Below, one piece after another: positions 1 to 8,546 of a DNA stretch of 64,000 nt. Under the pieces are notes generated by a model. The model saw only the letters and a list, made by a program, of their open reading frames with translations, had not been told where the DNA came from and did not search any database. Origin of the DNA: Actinomycetota bacterium. GTDB lineage: Bacteria > Actinomycetota > AC-67. Within the stretch, counting starts at the first letter, position 1, and each line of letters begins with the position of its first letter. The position numbers and the translations under genes were made by a program. Location: assembly GCA_041658565.1 (NCBI GenBank), contig JBAZZY010000001.1:279405-343404 (forward strand), read 5' to 3'.

Positions 1-549
1 GAGGACGCCGGCGCGCGCGCGAGCATCCAAGCCCACATCGATCTGGTGAAGTCCGAACTCAGCGTGAAGGAAGTGCGCATCGCTACGTCGGCAGAGGACT
101 TCGCTCTCGTCGAGGTGATCCCGAACTTCAAGATCCTCGGCCCCAAGTACGGAAGCGACGCAGGACGCATCCAGCAGATGCTTCGCGCCGGCGACTTCCG
201 CCGTGAGGACGTTCGAGTGATCGTCGGCGAGTGGACGCTGGATATGGGCGAGTTCGAGGTGCGTACGCGCGCGCGCGACGGCTTCGCCGTCACCGAGCGC
301 GACGGCTTCGCCGTCGCGCTCGACACCGAGATCACGCCGGAACTGGCGCTCGAAGGGCGCGCGCGGGACTTGATCCGAAGCATCCAAGACCTCCGAAAGG
401 AAACCGGACTGGAACTCACCGATCGCATCACCGTCACGGTCCCGGCGTCGGATGCCGACGTGCTCAACGCACACGGCGAATGGATCCGCTCCGAGACCCT
501 GGCGGTTTCAGTGTCCGAGAGCGACGCACTCACGATCGAGCGCGCATGA
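1..549 (+). CDS. ileS: isoleucyl-tRNA synthetase, 3' end (gene starts before window)
   Basis: Frame is open from nt 1. C-terminal motif ..IPNFKILGPKYG.. resembles the type-2 IleS C-terminal domain. ileS next to divIVA is conserved synteny in actinobacteria. Stop TGA at 547-549 overlaps the next start (ATGA). Confidence 0.5.
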   Translation, partial: EDAGARASIQAHIDLVKSELSVKEVRIATSAEDFALVEVIPNFKILGPKYGSDAGRIQQMLRAGDFRREDVRVIVGEWTLDMGEFEVRTRARDGFAVTERDGFAVALDTEITPELALEGRARDLIRSIQDLRKETGLELTDRITVTVPASDADVLNAHGEWIRSETLAVSVSESDALTIERA

Positions 550-1550
550 AGAACGTCGGAATCGTTGGCCTGCCCGGCGCGGGAAGCTCCACCATCTTCA
601 CCGCCCTCACGTCACTGCCCGGCGCGGCTCCCGGCCGCTCGAACCAGGCCGTGGTCCCCGTACCCGACCCACGCGTCGACCGCTTGGTCGAACTGCACAA
701 CTCACGCAAGGCCGTCTACACCTCGCTGCGCTTCGTCGAGACGAGCGGGATGGTGCGAAAGGGCTCACGCGGCGCGGGGGGCGCGCTGTCTGCAGAGCTG
801 CTCGGACATCTGCGCGCGGCCGACGCTCTGCTACTGGTCGTGCGCGGATTCGGCCCCGATGCCGATCCGGCCGCCGACCTCGCCGACCTCGGCCTCGAGT
901 TGATCTACGCCGACTTGGAGTCGGTGTCGGCCAAGGTTCAACGCGACGCGAAGGCTGCTCGCGACGCCGACGCCAAACGCGCCGTCGTCGCGCTCGAGCG
1001 CGCGCGCGGCCTCCTCGAAGCCGGAACGCCGCTGCGCGACGCGGACTGGGACGAGGCCGAACTGGCGGCGTTCCAGGGGATGTCCCTTCTCACGATGAAG
1101 CCCGTCGTAGCAGTCGCCAACGTGGACGACCCAACGGTGGACGTTCCCGCAGGCATGATCGCCGTCGCCGGTGCTCTGGAATCGGAAGTCGCAGGCATGG
1201 ACGACGCAGAAGCGCGCGAACTCCTTGAGGGCTTCGGACTCACCGAGCGCGGTCTCCCGCGCATCATCCGCGCCGTCTTCGAAGATCTTCGCCTGCTGAC
1301 CTTCCTGACTGCGGGGGAAACCGAGTCGCGCGCATGGGAAGTGCCGCGAGACGCAACCGCGCCCGAAGCCGCCGGCGCGATCCACTCCGACATCCAGCGC
1401 GGATTTATCCGTGCCGAGGTGATCACCTACGACGCATTGGTTGAAGCGGGGTCGTGGCAAGCGGCGCGCGCCAAGGGCCTGGTGCGCCAGGAAGGCAAGC
1501 ACTACGTCATGCGCGAAGGAGACGTCGTCGAGTTCCGCTTCGCCGTCTAG
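546..1550 (+). CDS. ychF: ribosome-binding ATPase YchF (Obg-family GTPase, TGS domain)
   Basis: N-terminal P-loop GIVGLPGAGSSTIFTALT and C-terminal TGS-like motif ..GFIRAEVITYDAL..GKHYVMREGDVVEFRF. ATG at 546 overlaps the ileS stop. Confidence 0.8.
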   Translation: MKNVGIVGLPGAGSSTIFTALTSLPGAAPGRSNQAVVPVPDPRVDRLVELHNSRKAVYTSLRFVETSGMVRKGSRGAGGALSAELLGHLRAADALLLVVRGFGPDADPAADLADLGLELIYADLESVSAKVQRDAKAARDADAKRAVVALERARGLLEAGTPLRDADWDEAELAAFQGMSLLTMKPVVAVANVDDPTVDVPAGMIAVAGALESEVAGMDDAEARELLEGFGLTERGLPRIIRAVFEDLRLLTFLTAGETESRAWEVPRDATAPEAAGAIHSDIQRGFIRAEVITYDALVEAGSWQAARAKGLVRQEGKHYVMREGDVVEFRFAV

Positions 1551-1654
1551 CTTCGTGGCCCCATGACTCCGCGGTCCAAGAACGGAAACTCGAAACCCTC
1601 AGCGAGAAGTTCCGGACCCAGCCGTAAGCCCGCTGGGAGTCTTCCGCTCGCGAC

Positions 1655-2374
1655 TTAGCCGAGGTCGTCGGGAGGCGGCGTCTTCTTCGCCGCGGGCTTG
1701 CGCGTCGGAGCCTTCGGCTTAGCCGGTGCCTTGGTCGCCTTCGGCGCCGCGGTCTTCGGGGTCTTCTCCGCTGCGGGCGCAACCGTCTTCGCGGCAGCCT
1801 TGGGCGCCGTCTTCGCAGCAGCCTTGGGCTTCGAAGCGGGCTTGGCCGCCACGGCCCGAGGCTTCGCAATCGGCTTGGCCGCCACGGCCTTCGACGACCC
1901 TGTCGCACGGGTCGCGGGCGTGCGCGTCGCCTTCGGCTTTGCGGCGGGAATCTTCAGCGCTCCGCCTGCTGCGGACCTCGCACCGGACGACGTACCGATC
2001 TCCAAGGGTCGGCCGGCCGACGCCGGGGTGACCAGCCGCTCCAACGAGGTGGCTCCCGTCGGTCGGCCTCCGATCTCCAGCGGCGCGAGCGGCGCGGAGG
2101 GGGCATCAGAGCCTCTGACCGGCGACGCCGAACCTCGGAACAACGAGGCTTCACGCATCTGCGGCTCCTCGGGCACCCCGTCGGTCCCCACCGGAATTCC
2201 GGCCACGCTCGGGACAACTTTCTTCCGACCCTGCAACAGGCCGACCGTAAGCGCGATGCCCGCGAGAACGCTTGAAACAATAGAAACCGTGATCATCTGC
2301 AACCCGTTACCGAAGATGCCGATGACAAGCGTGACTACGGCCACGAGCAGCAGGATTGCGCTGGCGACAATCAC
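1655..2374 (-). CDS. membrane protein: two N-terminal TM helices plus a long disordered Ala/Lys/Pro-rich basic repeat tail (histone H1/HupB-tail-like)
   Basis: GTG start at 2374 with GGAAGGAG RBS. N-terminus MIVASAILLLVAVVTLVIGIFGNGLQMITVSIVSSVLAGIALTVGLL is hydrophobic. C-terminus has AKPKA/AAKP/KTAPK repeats (pI clearly basic). Underlying DNA carries direct repeats at about 1690-1910. Lies directly downstream of divIVA, same strand. Confidence 0.6.
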   Translation of the reverse strand: MIVASAILLLVAVVTLVIGIFGNGLQMITVSIVSSVLAGIALTVGLLQGRKKVVPSVAGIPVGTDGVPEEPQMREASLFRGSASPVRGSDAPSAPLAPLEIGGRPTGATSLERLVTPASAGRPLEIGTSSGARSAAGGALKIPAAKPKATRTPATRATGSSKAVAAKPIAKPRAVAAKPASKPKAAAKTAPKAAAKTVAPAAEKTPKTAAPKATKAPAKPKAPTRKPAAKKTPPPDDLG

Positions 2375-2458
2375 GAAAGATGCACTCCTTCCCCCACAAA
2401 CGGGCGACGGGGGCGGAGTTTACTCGCTCCCCTAGCGGGCTGCATAACCACGCACTCG

Positions 2459-2887
2459 TTACTCGCCGGCCCAGAACGGCTCACGGGATCCCGGCCGCTC
2501 CGGTCCGGACGCGGGAGGAGAGGGATCCGAAGGCGGCGGAGGAACGTCGCGCCGCATGCGCTCGACCGTGGCGCTCACAGGGGGCGGCTCCGCATCCAGC
2601 AGACGGATCTGCTCTTCGAAATAGCGGCGTAACCGCCGACGAATCTCCGCCTCGTTTCGCTCCGGGTCCTCGGCAAGTTCCTCCGCAACCGGCCCGCGAC
2701 CCTCCCGCAAACGAGCCGCCTCCTGCTGCACGGCAGCAAGACGCACCTTCATTTTCTGGTTCTCTTCTGTCAACCGCGAGAACTCCTCGACGATCTCGTC
2801 GAGGAACAGGTCCACGTCCGCACGGTTGTAGCCACGCAGCGCTTCGCGAAATTCCTTGTGAACGATGTCTTGATGGGTAAGCGGCAC
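2459..2887 (-). CDS. divIVA: cell-division protein DivIVA (short form, 142 aa)
   Basis: N-terminal DivIVA domain MPLTHQDIVHKEFREALRGYNRADVDLFLDEIVEEF followed by coiled coil and a Pro-rich C-terminus. Position after sepF-yggT is canonical. Confidence 0.8.
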   Translation of the reverse strand: MPLTHQDIVHKEFREALRGYNRADVDLFLDEIVEEFSRLTEENQKMKVRLAAVQQEAARLREGRGPVAEELAEDPERNEAEIRRRLRRYFEEQIRLLDAEPPPVSATVERMRRDVPPPPSDPSPPASGPERPGSREPFWAGE

Positions 2888-2905
2888 CAGATTCCTCCGC
2901 CGGCA

Positions 2906-3157
2906 CTAGCAGATCGCGGTCTGCACCAACTGCAGCACGAAGAACACTACCAAGATTGAAAGATCCAGCGCGACCGCACCGATTCGCACCGGGGGGATTA
3001 GCGGGCGCGCGACACGAATCACAGGCTCGGTCACCGCATAGATCAACTCCACCACCGGACGAAGACCGTCGGGTAAATGCGGGAACCACGACAGCAGCAC
3101 GCGAGCCAGCAACACGTAGCCGTACAGGGCGAGCAAGAGGCAGATCAAGCCTCGCAC
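2906..3157 (-). CDS. yggT: YggT/YlmG family membrane protein
   Basis: 83-aa protein with two hydrophobic segments. Canonical position between sepF and divIVA. Confidence 0.7.
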   Translation of the reverse strand: MRGLICLLLALYGYVLLARVLLSWFPHLPDGLRPVVELIYAVTEPVIRVARPLIPPVRIGAVALDLSILVVFFVLQLVQTAIC

Positions 3158-3192
3158 TGAAGAAACCGCAAGGATCTCGATGACGACTCCTG

Positions 3193-3678
3193 CTAGAACT
3201 CGCCCATGCCGAACAAGCCGTGTTCGGCCAGCCGGCGCTTCTCGTCCGCCGAGACCTCCATGTTGAACGGAGTAAGAAGGTAGACCTGCTCTCCCACCTT
3301 CTGCATGCGGCCGTTCAACCCGTAGACCAGTCCTGAGGCGAACTGCAGGATCTTCGGAGCGTGCTTCTGTTCCGTCATGCGCAAGTTGATGATCACCGGT
3401 ACACCACCCTTGTAGTGATCGGCGAAATCCTGCGCGTCGTCAAAAATTCGAGGCTCGACCACGTGCACCTGGCGCGGCGCACTAGTGGGAATCGAGCGCA
3501 CAACTCCGCGACCGGCCGGATGCCGGTCGGTATCGACGCGCTCGTCGCGCCGTATGGTGCGCACCATCTGCGCCCCCTCGCGGCGAGGAGGCTCTTCCTC
3601 GACGTACTGCTCGTCGAAGTCGCCCTCGTCGTCCATGAGGCCCAGAGATACCAACGTCTTCTTCCAGAGTTCCCGCAT
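3193..3678 (-). CDS. sepF: cell-division protein SepF
   Basis: C-terminal SepF domain ..IINLRMTEQKHAPKILQFASGLVYGLNGRMQKVGEQVYLLTPFNMEV. Start chosen at internal ATG (MRELWKK) with GGGAGG RBS; the track ORF extends upstream to 3729. Confidence 0.85.
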   Translation of the reverse strand: MRELWKKTLVSLGLMDDEGDFDEQYVEEEPPRREGAQMVRTIRRDERVDTDRHPAGRGVVRSIPTSAPRQVHVVEPRIFDDAQDFADHYKGGVPVIINLRMTEQKHAPKILQFASGLVYGLNGRMQKVGEQVYLLTPFNMEVSADEKRRLAEHGLFGMGEF

Positions 3679-3862
3679 CGTTGTCGCCTCCCGCTCGCCG
3701 CGGACGAGCACCATAAGGGTATGGCACATCGGCCGCCGACGCCGTGAGGACCGGATGTCCCCGGTCGGCGCGAGCCCGGACTCCCGGGCTCCACCCCTCC
3801 ATGATGCCGTGCTTCTGCGAATCGTGCCTCCCGGGCAACCGGTACCGTCGAACTCCGGCCGC

Positions 3863-4585
3863 TCAACCCCACTCTGGTTCGCGTCGCTCGGGAACCACGC
3901 GCGCTCCGAAGATCGCCGATCCGACGCGCACGACGGTGGCCCCTTCCTCGACCGCGATCTCGAAGTCCCCGCTCATGCCCATGGACAGCTCCTGCACTCC
4001 ATCGACCTCGCGTGCGATCAAATCCCGCAATTCGCGCAGCCCCGCGAACGCGCGCCGAGCCATCGCCGGGTCACCGGCCGGAGCCATGGTCATGAGTCCC
4101 CTCAGCCGCAGCGAACTCAGGCTCGCGACATCCACAGCCACCCGAAGGGCTTCACTCGGCAATACACCATGCTTGCTCGACTCGCCCGAGACGTTAATCT
4201 CGACCAGGACGTCCTGGCGAACGCCGGCCGCCTCTGCCCGGGCCGCGAGCGCCCGGGCAAGCCGCACCGAATCGATGCCGTGCACCAGAACTGTGCGCCC
4301 GACGATCGCCCCGACCTTGTTCCGCTGCAAAGTCCCAATGAAGTGCCAGCGGGCTTCGATCCCCACCAGCGCGCGCTGCTTGTCGAGCATCTCCTGAACC
4401 CGGTTCTCCCCGACATCGCGAACGCCGAGAGCAACCGCTGCCGCGATGCGCTCACTAGGCACCGTCTTGGTTACGGCGACGAGCGTGACTTCATCAAGAG
4501 ACCGCCCCGAGCGCAAGCACGCCGCGTCGATACGGGACCGAACCCCGCGCAGCCCCTCGGCCAACACCACGTCTTGAGTCATCAC
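3863..4585 (-). CDS. yggS: YggS/YlmE family pyridoxal-phosphate homeostasis protein
   Basis: Alanine-racemase-fold N-terminus ..VTLVAVTKTVPSERIAAAVALGVRDVGENRVQE. ATGA overlap with the pgeF stop. Confidence 0.85.
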   Translation of the reverse strand: MMTQDVVLAEGLRGVRSRIDAACLRSGRSLDEVTLVAVTKTVPSERIAAAVALGVRDVGENRVQEMLDKQRALVGIEARWHFIGTLQRNKVGAIVGRTVLVHGIDSVRLARALAARAEAAGVRQDVLVEINVSGESSKHGVLPSEALRVAVDVASLSSLRLRGLMTMAPAGDPAMARRAFAGLRELRDLIAREVDGVQELSMGMSGDFEIAVEEGATVVRVGSAIFGARVVPERREPEWG

Positions 4586-5367
4586 TCACTCCCGATCATC
4601 GCAAGCACGCCCTGACGTCCGGTGGCGGCGGCCCGATGGCTGAAGAACCGGTGAGGCTCGCACCTGGTGCACAGCGCAGACGTGAGCACCGCACCAACGC
4701 CGGCGGCAGCCAGCGCCGCGCGCGCGCCGCGCCACAGATCGAGCCTCACCCCGTTCGTCGAACCTCGTACGACCTCAGAGCCGAGGGACGCACGGGCTTC
4801 CTCGGCGACCTCGGGCCCCACCTCATAGCAGCAAGGTCCGATCGACGGACCGACAAACGCACGGAGGTTCTCCGGCCCCCCCATCGCTGCGACCGTCCGG
4901 CCGACCACTCCGGCGACCAGCCCGCGCCATCCGGCATGAACGACACCGACGGCCGGGCGTGTCGGATCCACAATCAAGACGGGCAAGCAGTCCGCGGTTA
5001 GGATCACGAGCGCCGGGCCCGGTTCGTCGGTCCACAACGCATCCACGTCGGCGAGCGCCGTCCCGGGATCGAAGGCGCCGCTTCCGCACTCGTCGCTGCC
5101 CACGCGCGCCACCCGCGTGCCGTGGATCTGACGCCCGCTCGTCCATGCTTCCGGCGAGGCCCCGACGGCGCCGAGCGCGCGCGCGCGATTGCGGACGACG
5201 ACCCCGGGATCCGCACCCCCGACCAGCGACAGGTCCAGCGGGCCGGCGACGCCGCCGGCGCGGGCGGTGAAGGCAACACGAATGCCCGCGCCGGAGAGCG
5301 CGGGCACCGTGAGATATGCGCCGGGCGAAGCATCGCCTCGCGCGGGAAAGGCGCGCCAGGCGAACAC
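4582..5367 (-). CDS. pgeF: peptidoglycan editing factor PgeF / YfiH (laccase-domain, DUF152)
   Basis: 261-aa protein immediately downstream of ftsZ (5-nt gap), a conserved actinobacterial position. Similarity to the YfiH family by composition and context. Confidence 0.7.
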   Translation of the reverse strand: MFAWRAFPARGDASPGAYLTVPALSGAGIRVAFTARAGGVAGPLDLSLVGGADPGVVVRNRARALGAVGASPEAWTSGRQIHGTRVARVGSDECGSGAFDPGTALADVDALWTDEPGPALVILTADCLPVLIVDPTRPAVGVVHAGWRGLVAGVVGRTVAAMGGPENLRAFVGPSIGPCCYEVGPEVAEEARASLGSEVVRGSTNGVRLDLWRGARAALAAAGVGAVLTSALCTRCEPHRFFSHRAAATGRQGVLAMIGSE

Positions 5368-5372
5368 CGGCT

Positions 5373-6461
5373 TTAGCGACGAAGGAACGACGGGATGTCT
5401 TCGAGATCCTCGTTGGCGTCGAACACGACGGTCCTGCGAGGTGTGACCTCCACCGAAGCGAGATCGATCTCGTCGTCATCCTCGAGCGTCAGCGTGCCGA
5501 CTTCCCGGCTTGCCCACCGCTCGAATCCGGCCGCAATGACCGTGACTCGAACTTCGTCGCCGAGCGAGTCGTCGATCGCCGTACCGAAGATCACGTTCGC
5601 CTCCGGGTGAGCGTGGTCGGAGATGATCCGCGCCGACTCGTTCACCTCGTAGAGCGTCAGATCGCTTCCGCCGGTGATGTTCAGCAACACGCCGCGCGCA
5701 CCGTCGATCGACGTTTCGAGCAGCGGACTGGAAACCGCCGCACGCGCCGCCTCGATGGCACGATCCTCGCCCCGGGCGTAACCAACACCCAGCAACGCGG
5801 AGCCGGCCTCCGTCAAGATCGCCTTCACGTCGGCGAAGTCCAAGTTGATCAGACCCGGCGTCGTGATGAGGTCGGTGATTCCCTGCACGCCCTGCAGCAG
5901 AACCATGTCCGCCATCTTGAACGCGTCGAGGATCGTCGTGTTCTCGTCGGCGACGTCCAACAGACGGTCGTTCGGGATGATGATGAGCGTGTCGACCTTT
6001 TCCTTCAGGTCCTGGATGCCCCGCTCGGCCTGCTCCGCGCGCACCTTGCGCTCGAAGGAGAACGGCCGAGTCACGACACCGATCGTGAGAGCCCCGATGC
6101 TCTTGGCGATCTCGGCGACCACGGGTGCGCCCCCGGTCCCGGTGCCGCCGCCTTCACCGGCGGTCACGAACACCATGTCGGCGCCCTTGAGTACTTCTTC
6201 GATCGTCTCTCGAGCTTCCTCAACCGCCGCTCGCCCCGTCTCCGGGTTGGCGCCGGCTCCGAGACCGCGGGTGATGTTCCGACCAATGTCGAGCTTCAGG
6301 TCGGCGTCCGACATTAAGAGAGCCTGGGCGTCCGTGTTGATGGCGACGAACTCCACGCCCTTGAGACCCTCTTCGATCATGCGGTTGACGGCGTTGACAC
6401 CACCGCCGCCGATGCCCACGACCTTAATCACCGCGAGGTAGTTCTGCGGCGCAGCTGCCAT
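5373..6461 (-). CDS. ftsZ: cell-division GTPase FtsZ
   Basis: Tubulin signature [17 protein letters not shown] and an NxDxxL-type T7 loop region. RBS GAAGGAGGGG upstream of ATG 6461. Confidence 0.95.
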   Translation of the reverse strand: MAAAPQNYLAVIKVVGIGGGGVNAVNRMIEEGLKGVEFVAINTDAQALLMSDADLKLDIGRNITRGLGAGANPETGRAAVEEARETIEEVLKGADMVFVTAGEGGGTGTGGAPVVAEIAKSIGALTIGVVTRPFSFERKVRAEQAERGIQDLKEKVDTLIIIPNDRLLDVADENTTILDAFKMADMVLLQGVQGITDLITTPGLINLDFADVKAILTEAGSALLGVGYARGEDRAIEAARAAVSSPLLETSIDGARGVLLNITGGSDLTLYEVNESARIISDHAHPEANVIFGTAIDDSLGDEVRVTVIAAGFERWASREVGTLTLEDDDEIDLASVEVTPRRTVVFDANEDLEDIPSFLRR

Positions 6462-6843
6462 CGTTGCAACCCCTCCTTCTCGGCCACTTGGGCCGAACCG
6501 TTCCCTGCCGTCGAGTCCTGCAACTCCCCGAGAAACCTCGGGAAGTCGGCCTTCCGCGATGCGGTTGGCGCGTTGCTCGCACGGGTCGAGTGATACTTGA
6601 GACTTCGGCCGTGCGTGCTGGGGAAAACGCGCTACGCAGACAGATCACGGTATTTGGGCTGCTTGCGAGGCTTGCTAACTCTCAACTTGAGGTTGAGTAT
6701 TATGTAAACCTCATGTGACGGTCCAGACGGTACAACAGCCCTCGACCTCAAGTCAAGAAGAAGAATGACGCGATTCAGCCCCTTTTTTCGGGGGTCGGGT
6801 TGCGTGGAAGCCCGGTGGGCGGCCGGATTCGTCGGGGCCGGGG
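6462..6843 (-). promoter_or_regulatory. ftsQ-ftsZ intergenic region (382 nt): ftsQ terminator-like hairpin plus AT-rich putative ftsZ promoter(s) and inverted repeat CTCAAC-N5-GTTGAG
   Basis: Locally AT-rich stretch (about 6690-6720) with a CATAAT -10-like hexamer. CCCC-GAAAAAA-GGGG hairpin at about 6778-6800 downstream of the ftsQ stop. Long 5'UTR before ftsZ. Confidence 0.35.
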
Positions 6844-7614
6844 CTACTTGAAGCGAGCAGTGGGGCGCGCCGGGGCGCGCACATCGACCTGTTCGAGCAC
6901 AGCTCCGCGCTCCGCTGCACGCGCGACCACCAGATCGATCGCGTTTAGCTTGTCCCCCACCCGGTCGACTCCCCCGAAGACCACTCGGATGCCGTGCATG
7001 CGGAAGACCACCATCCCGTCCTCGCGATCCTCGAACGCCCGGATGCGAGAACGAACCGACCGTGGAAGAACAGCCCACGCGCGCATCGCGCTCCGGACTG
7101 CCGGGTCCGACCCCGGCGATGCGCCGTCCGGGTCCCGGCGAAGCGTGAGTACCGGGATGCGCCCATGAGGACCGGCAGCCTCCAGGGGTTGTCCGGTTTG
7201 GTCGAGCACCCAGCGACCCGAGCGCGCGCGAACCTCAAGCACGGGCGCGCGCTCCAGCACCTCGATGCGGATCTTGAGCGAGCCGTCCCGCTTCACCCGC
7301 GCAAGGGCAAGCGCCGGTAGAGCACGTACGCGCAACGCTACCGCGTCTAGGTCGATCTTCATCACGTTGTCGCCCGGCTGGAGCCCGCTTGCCTCCACGA
7401 TCCGGGCTCGCGCCACAGTACGGTTTCCGACGACTTCGATCTCGCTCAGTCCGAACACGCTGGTCCGCGTCAACGCCCACGCACCCCAACCGGCGCCGAT
7501 CGTCATCACCACTGCCAGCACCACGCGCCTGCGCTGCCGGCGACGATCGGCGCGGACCGCGCGCCTGCGCTCCAACATCCGCCGCGACCGAACCACTCGT
7601 CCCCCAGCGATCAT
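6844..7614 (-). CDS. ftsQ: cell-division protein FtsQ/DivIB (POTRA domain)
   Basis: Arg-rich cytoplasmic N-terminus, single TM (VVLAVVMTIGAGWGAWAL), then POTRA-like ..LSEIEVVGNRTV... ATGA overlap with the murB stop. Confidence 0.8.
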   Translation of the reverse strand: MIAGGRVVRSRRMLERRRAVRADRRRQRRRVVLAVVMTIGAGWGAWALTRTSVFGLSEIEVVGNRTVARARIVEASGLQPGDNVMKIDLDAVALRVRALPALALARVKRDGSLKIRIEVLERAPVLEVRARSGRWVLDQTGQPLEAAGPHGRIPVLTLRRDPDGASPGSDPAVRSAMRAWAVLPRSVRSRIRAFEDREDGMVVFRMHGIRVVFGGVDRVGDKLNAIDLVVARAAERGAVLEQVDVRAPARPTARFK

Positions 7615-8546
7615 TCGTATACCTCCCGGAACTCTCCGATCAGTTTCAGTTCCGGCTCCAACTCGATGCCGGTCGCGGCATGTACGGCTCGTTGGATTCG
7701 CAGGATCAGGGTGTAAACCTCGTCCGCTGTCGCCCCGTCCTCCGCGACGATGAAGTTGGAGTGGACCTCAGAGACGCGCGCGCGCCCAACATGAGTGCCC
7801 TTGCCGACGAACTCCTCAATGAGACGCGCGGCGTAGTGACCGGAAGGGTTCTTGAACACGCTTCCGCCGTTTGGAAGATTGGTCGGCTGCGTCTGCTTGC
7901 GCCGGTCCTTGGCCTCGTTCATCCGCGCCACGATCTCGGCTGAATCGCCGCCCGCCAGACGCAGCAGAGCCGAAGTGACAATCGAGCGGGGCGGGAACGC
8001 CGACGACCGGTAGGCGAAGCCCGCGTCCTGTGCGTCCAGGCGAACCTGGCGCTGCTCGTCCAGCAAGAACACGTCCACAAATTCGACCAGCCCGGCCATC
8101 TCGTGACCGTGAGCGCCCGCGTTCATCTTCACGGCACCTCCGAGGCTCGCCGGAATCGCAACCGCGAATTCGAGGCCGGCCAGGTCGTTCTGCATCGCCA
8201 GTGACGCCAGCGCGGGCAACGGCATCGCCGCCCCCGCGTGAATTCGCGTCCCGTCCACACGACTCCATCGGAAGCCGCCGCCGAGCCGCACCACGATCCC
8301 ATCGAATCCGCGATCCGACATGAGCACGTTCGACCCTCGTCCAAGCACGAGCACGGCAACGCTGGTCTCGCTTGCGGCGACCGCCAGCGCTCTCAGGTCG
8401 TCCGGATTCTCGGGCTCAAACAACACGCCGGCGGGTCCGCCAATGCGGTACGAGGTCAGCGAGGCAACCGGCCCGCCGGGCGTTACACGTCCATGCCCGC
8501 GAGTCCGCAGGATCTCAGCGGCAACGTCGATGGCATCTCTGCTCAC
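7611..8546 (-). CDS. murB: UDP-N-acetylenolpyruvoylglucosamine reductase
   Basis: FAD-binding ..RIGGPAGVLFEP.. and C-terminal MurB motifs (..GGSVFKNP..). ATGA overlap with the murC stop. murB inside the dcw cluster. Confidence 0.9.
   Translation of the reverse strand: MSRDAIDVAAEILRTRGHGRVTPGGPVASLTSYRIGGPAGVLFEPENPDDLRALAVAASETSVAVLVLGRGSNVLMSDRGFDGIVVRLGGGFRWSRVDGTRIHAGAAMPLPALASLAMQNDLAGLEFAVAIPASLGGAVKMNAGAHGHEMAGLVEFVDVFLLDEQRQVRLDAQDAGFAYRSSAFPPRSIVTSALLRLAGGDSAEIVARMNEAKDRRKQTQPTNLPNGGSVFKNPSGHYAARLIEEFVGKGTHVGRARVSEVHSNFIVAEDGATADEVYTLILRIQRAVHAATGIELEPELKLIGEFREVYE

Noticed and set aside
231-1228. Several plus-strand ORFs (for example 452..1228 and 565..903) overlapping ychF in other frames, and the 5' part of 231..1550 upstream of 546
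   Set aside because: Arg/Pro-rich low-complexity translations typical of off-frame reading of 70% GC DNA. The in-frame YchF with P-loop and TGS domain explains the region. The portion before 546 overlaps the ileS 3' end.
3679-3862. GAGCCCGG-GAGU-CCGGGCUC hairpin between yggS and sepF as a terminator
   Set aside because: Perfect 8-bp stem but no U-tract, and it lies inside a co-directional operon. More likely a structural or processing element or chance.
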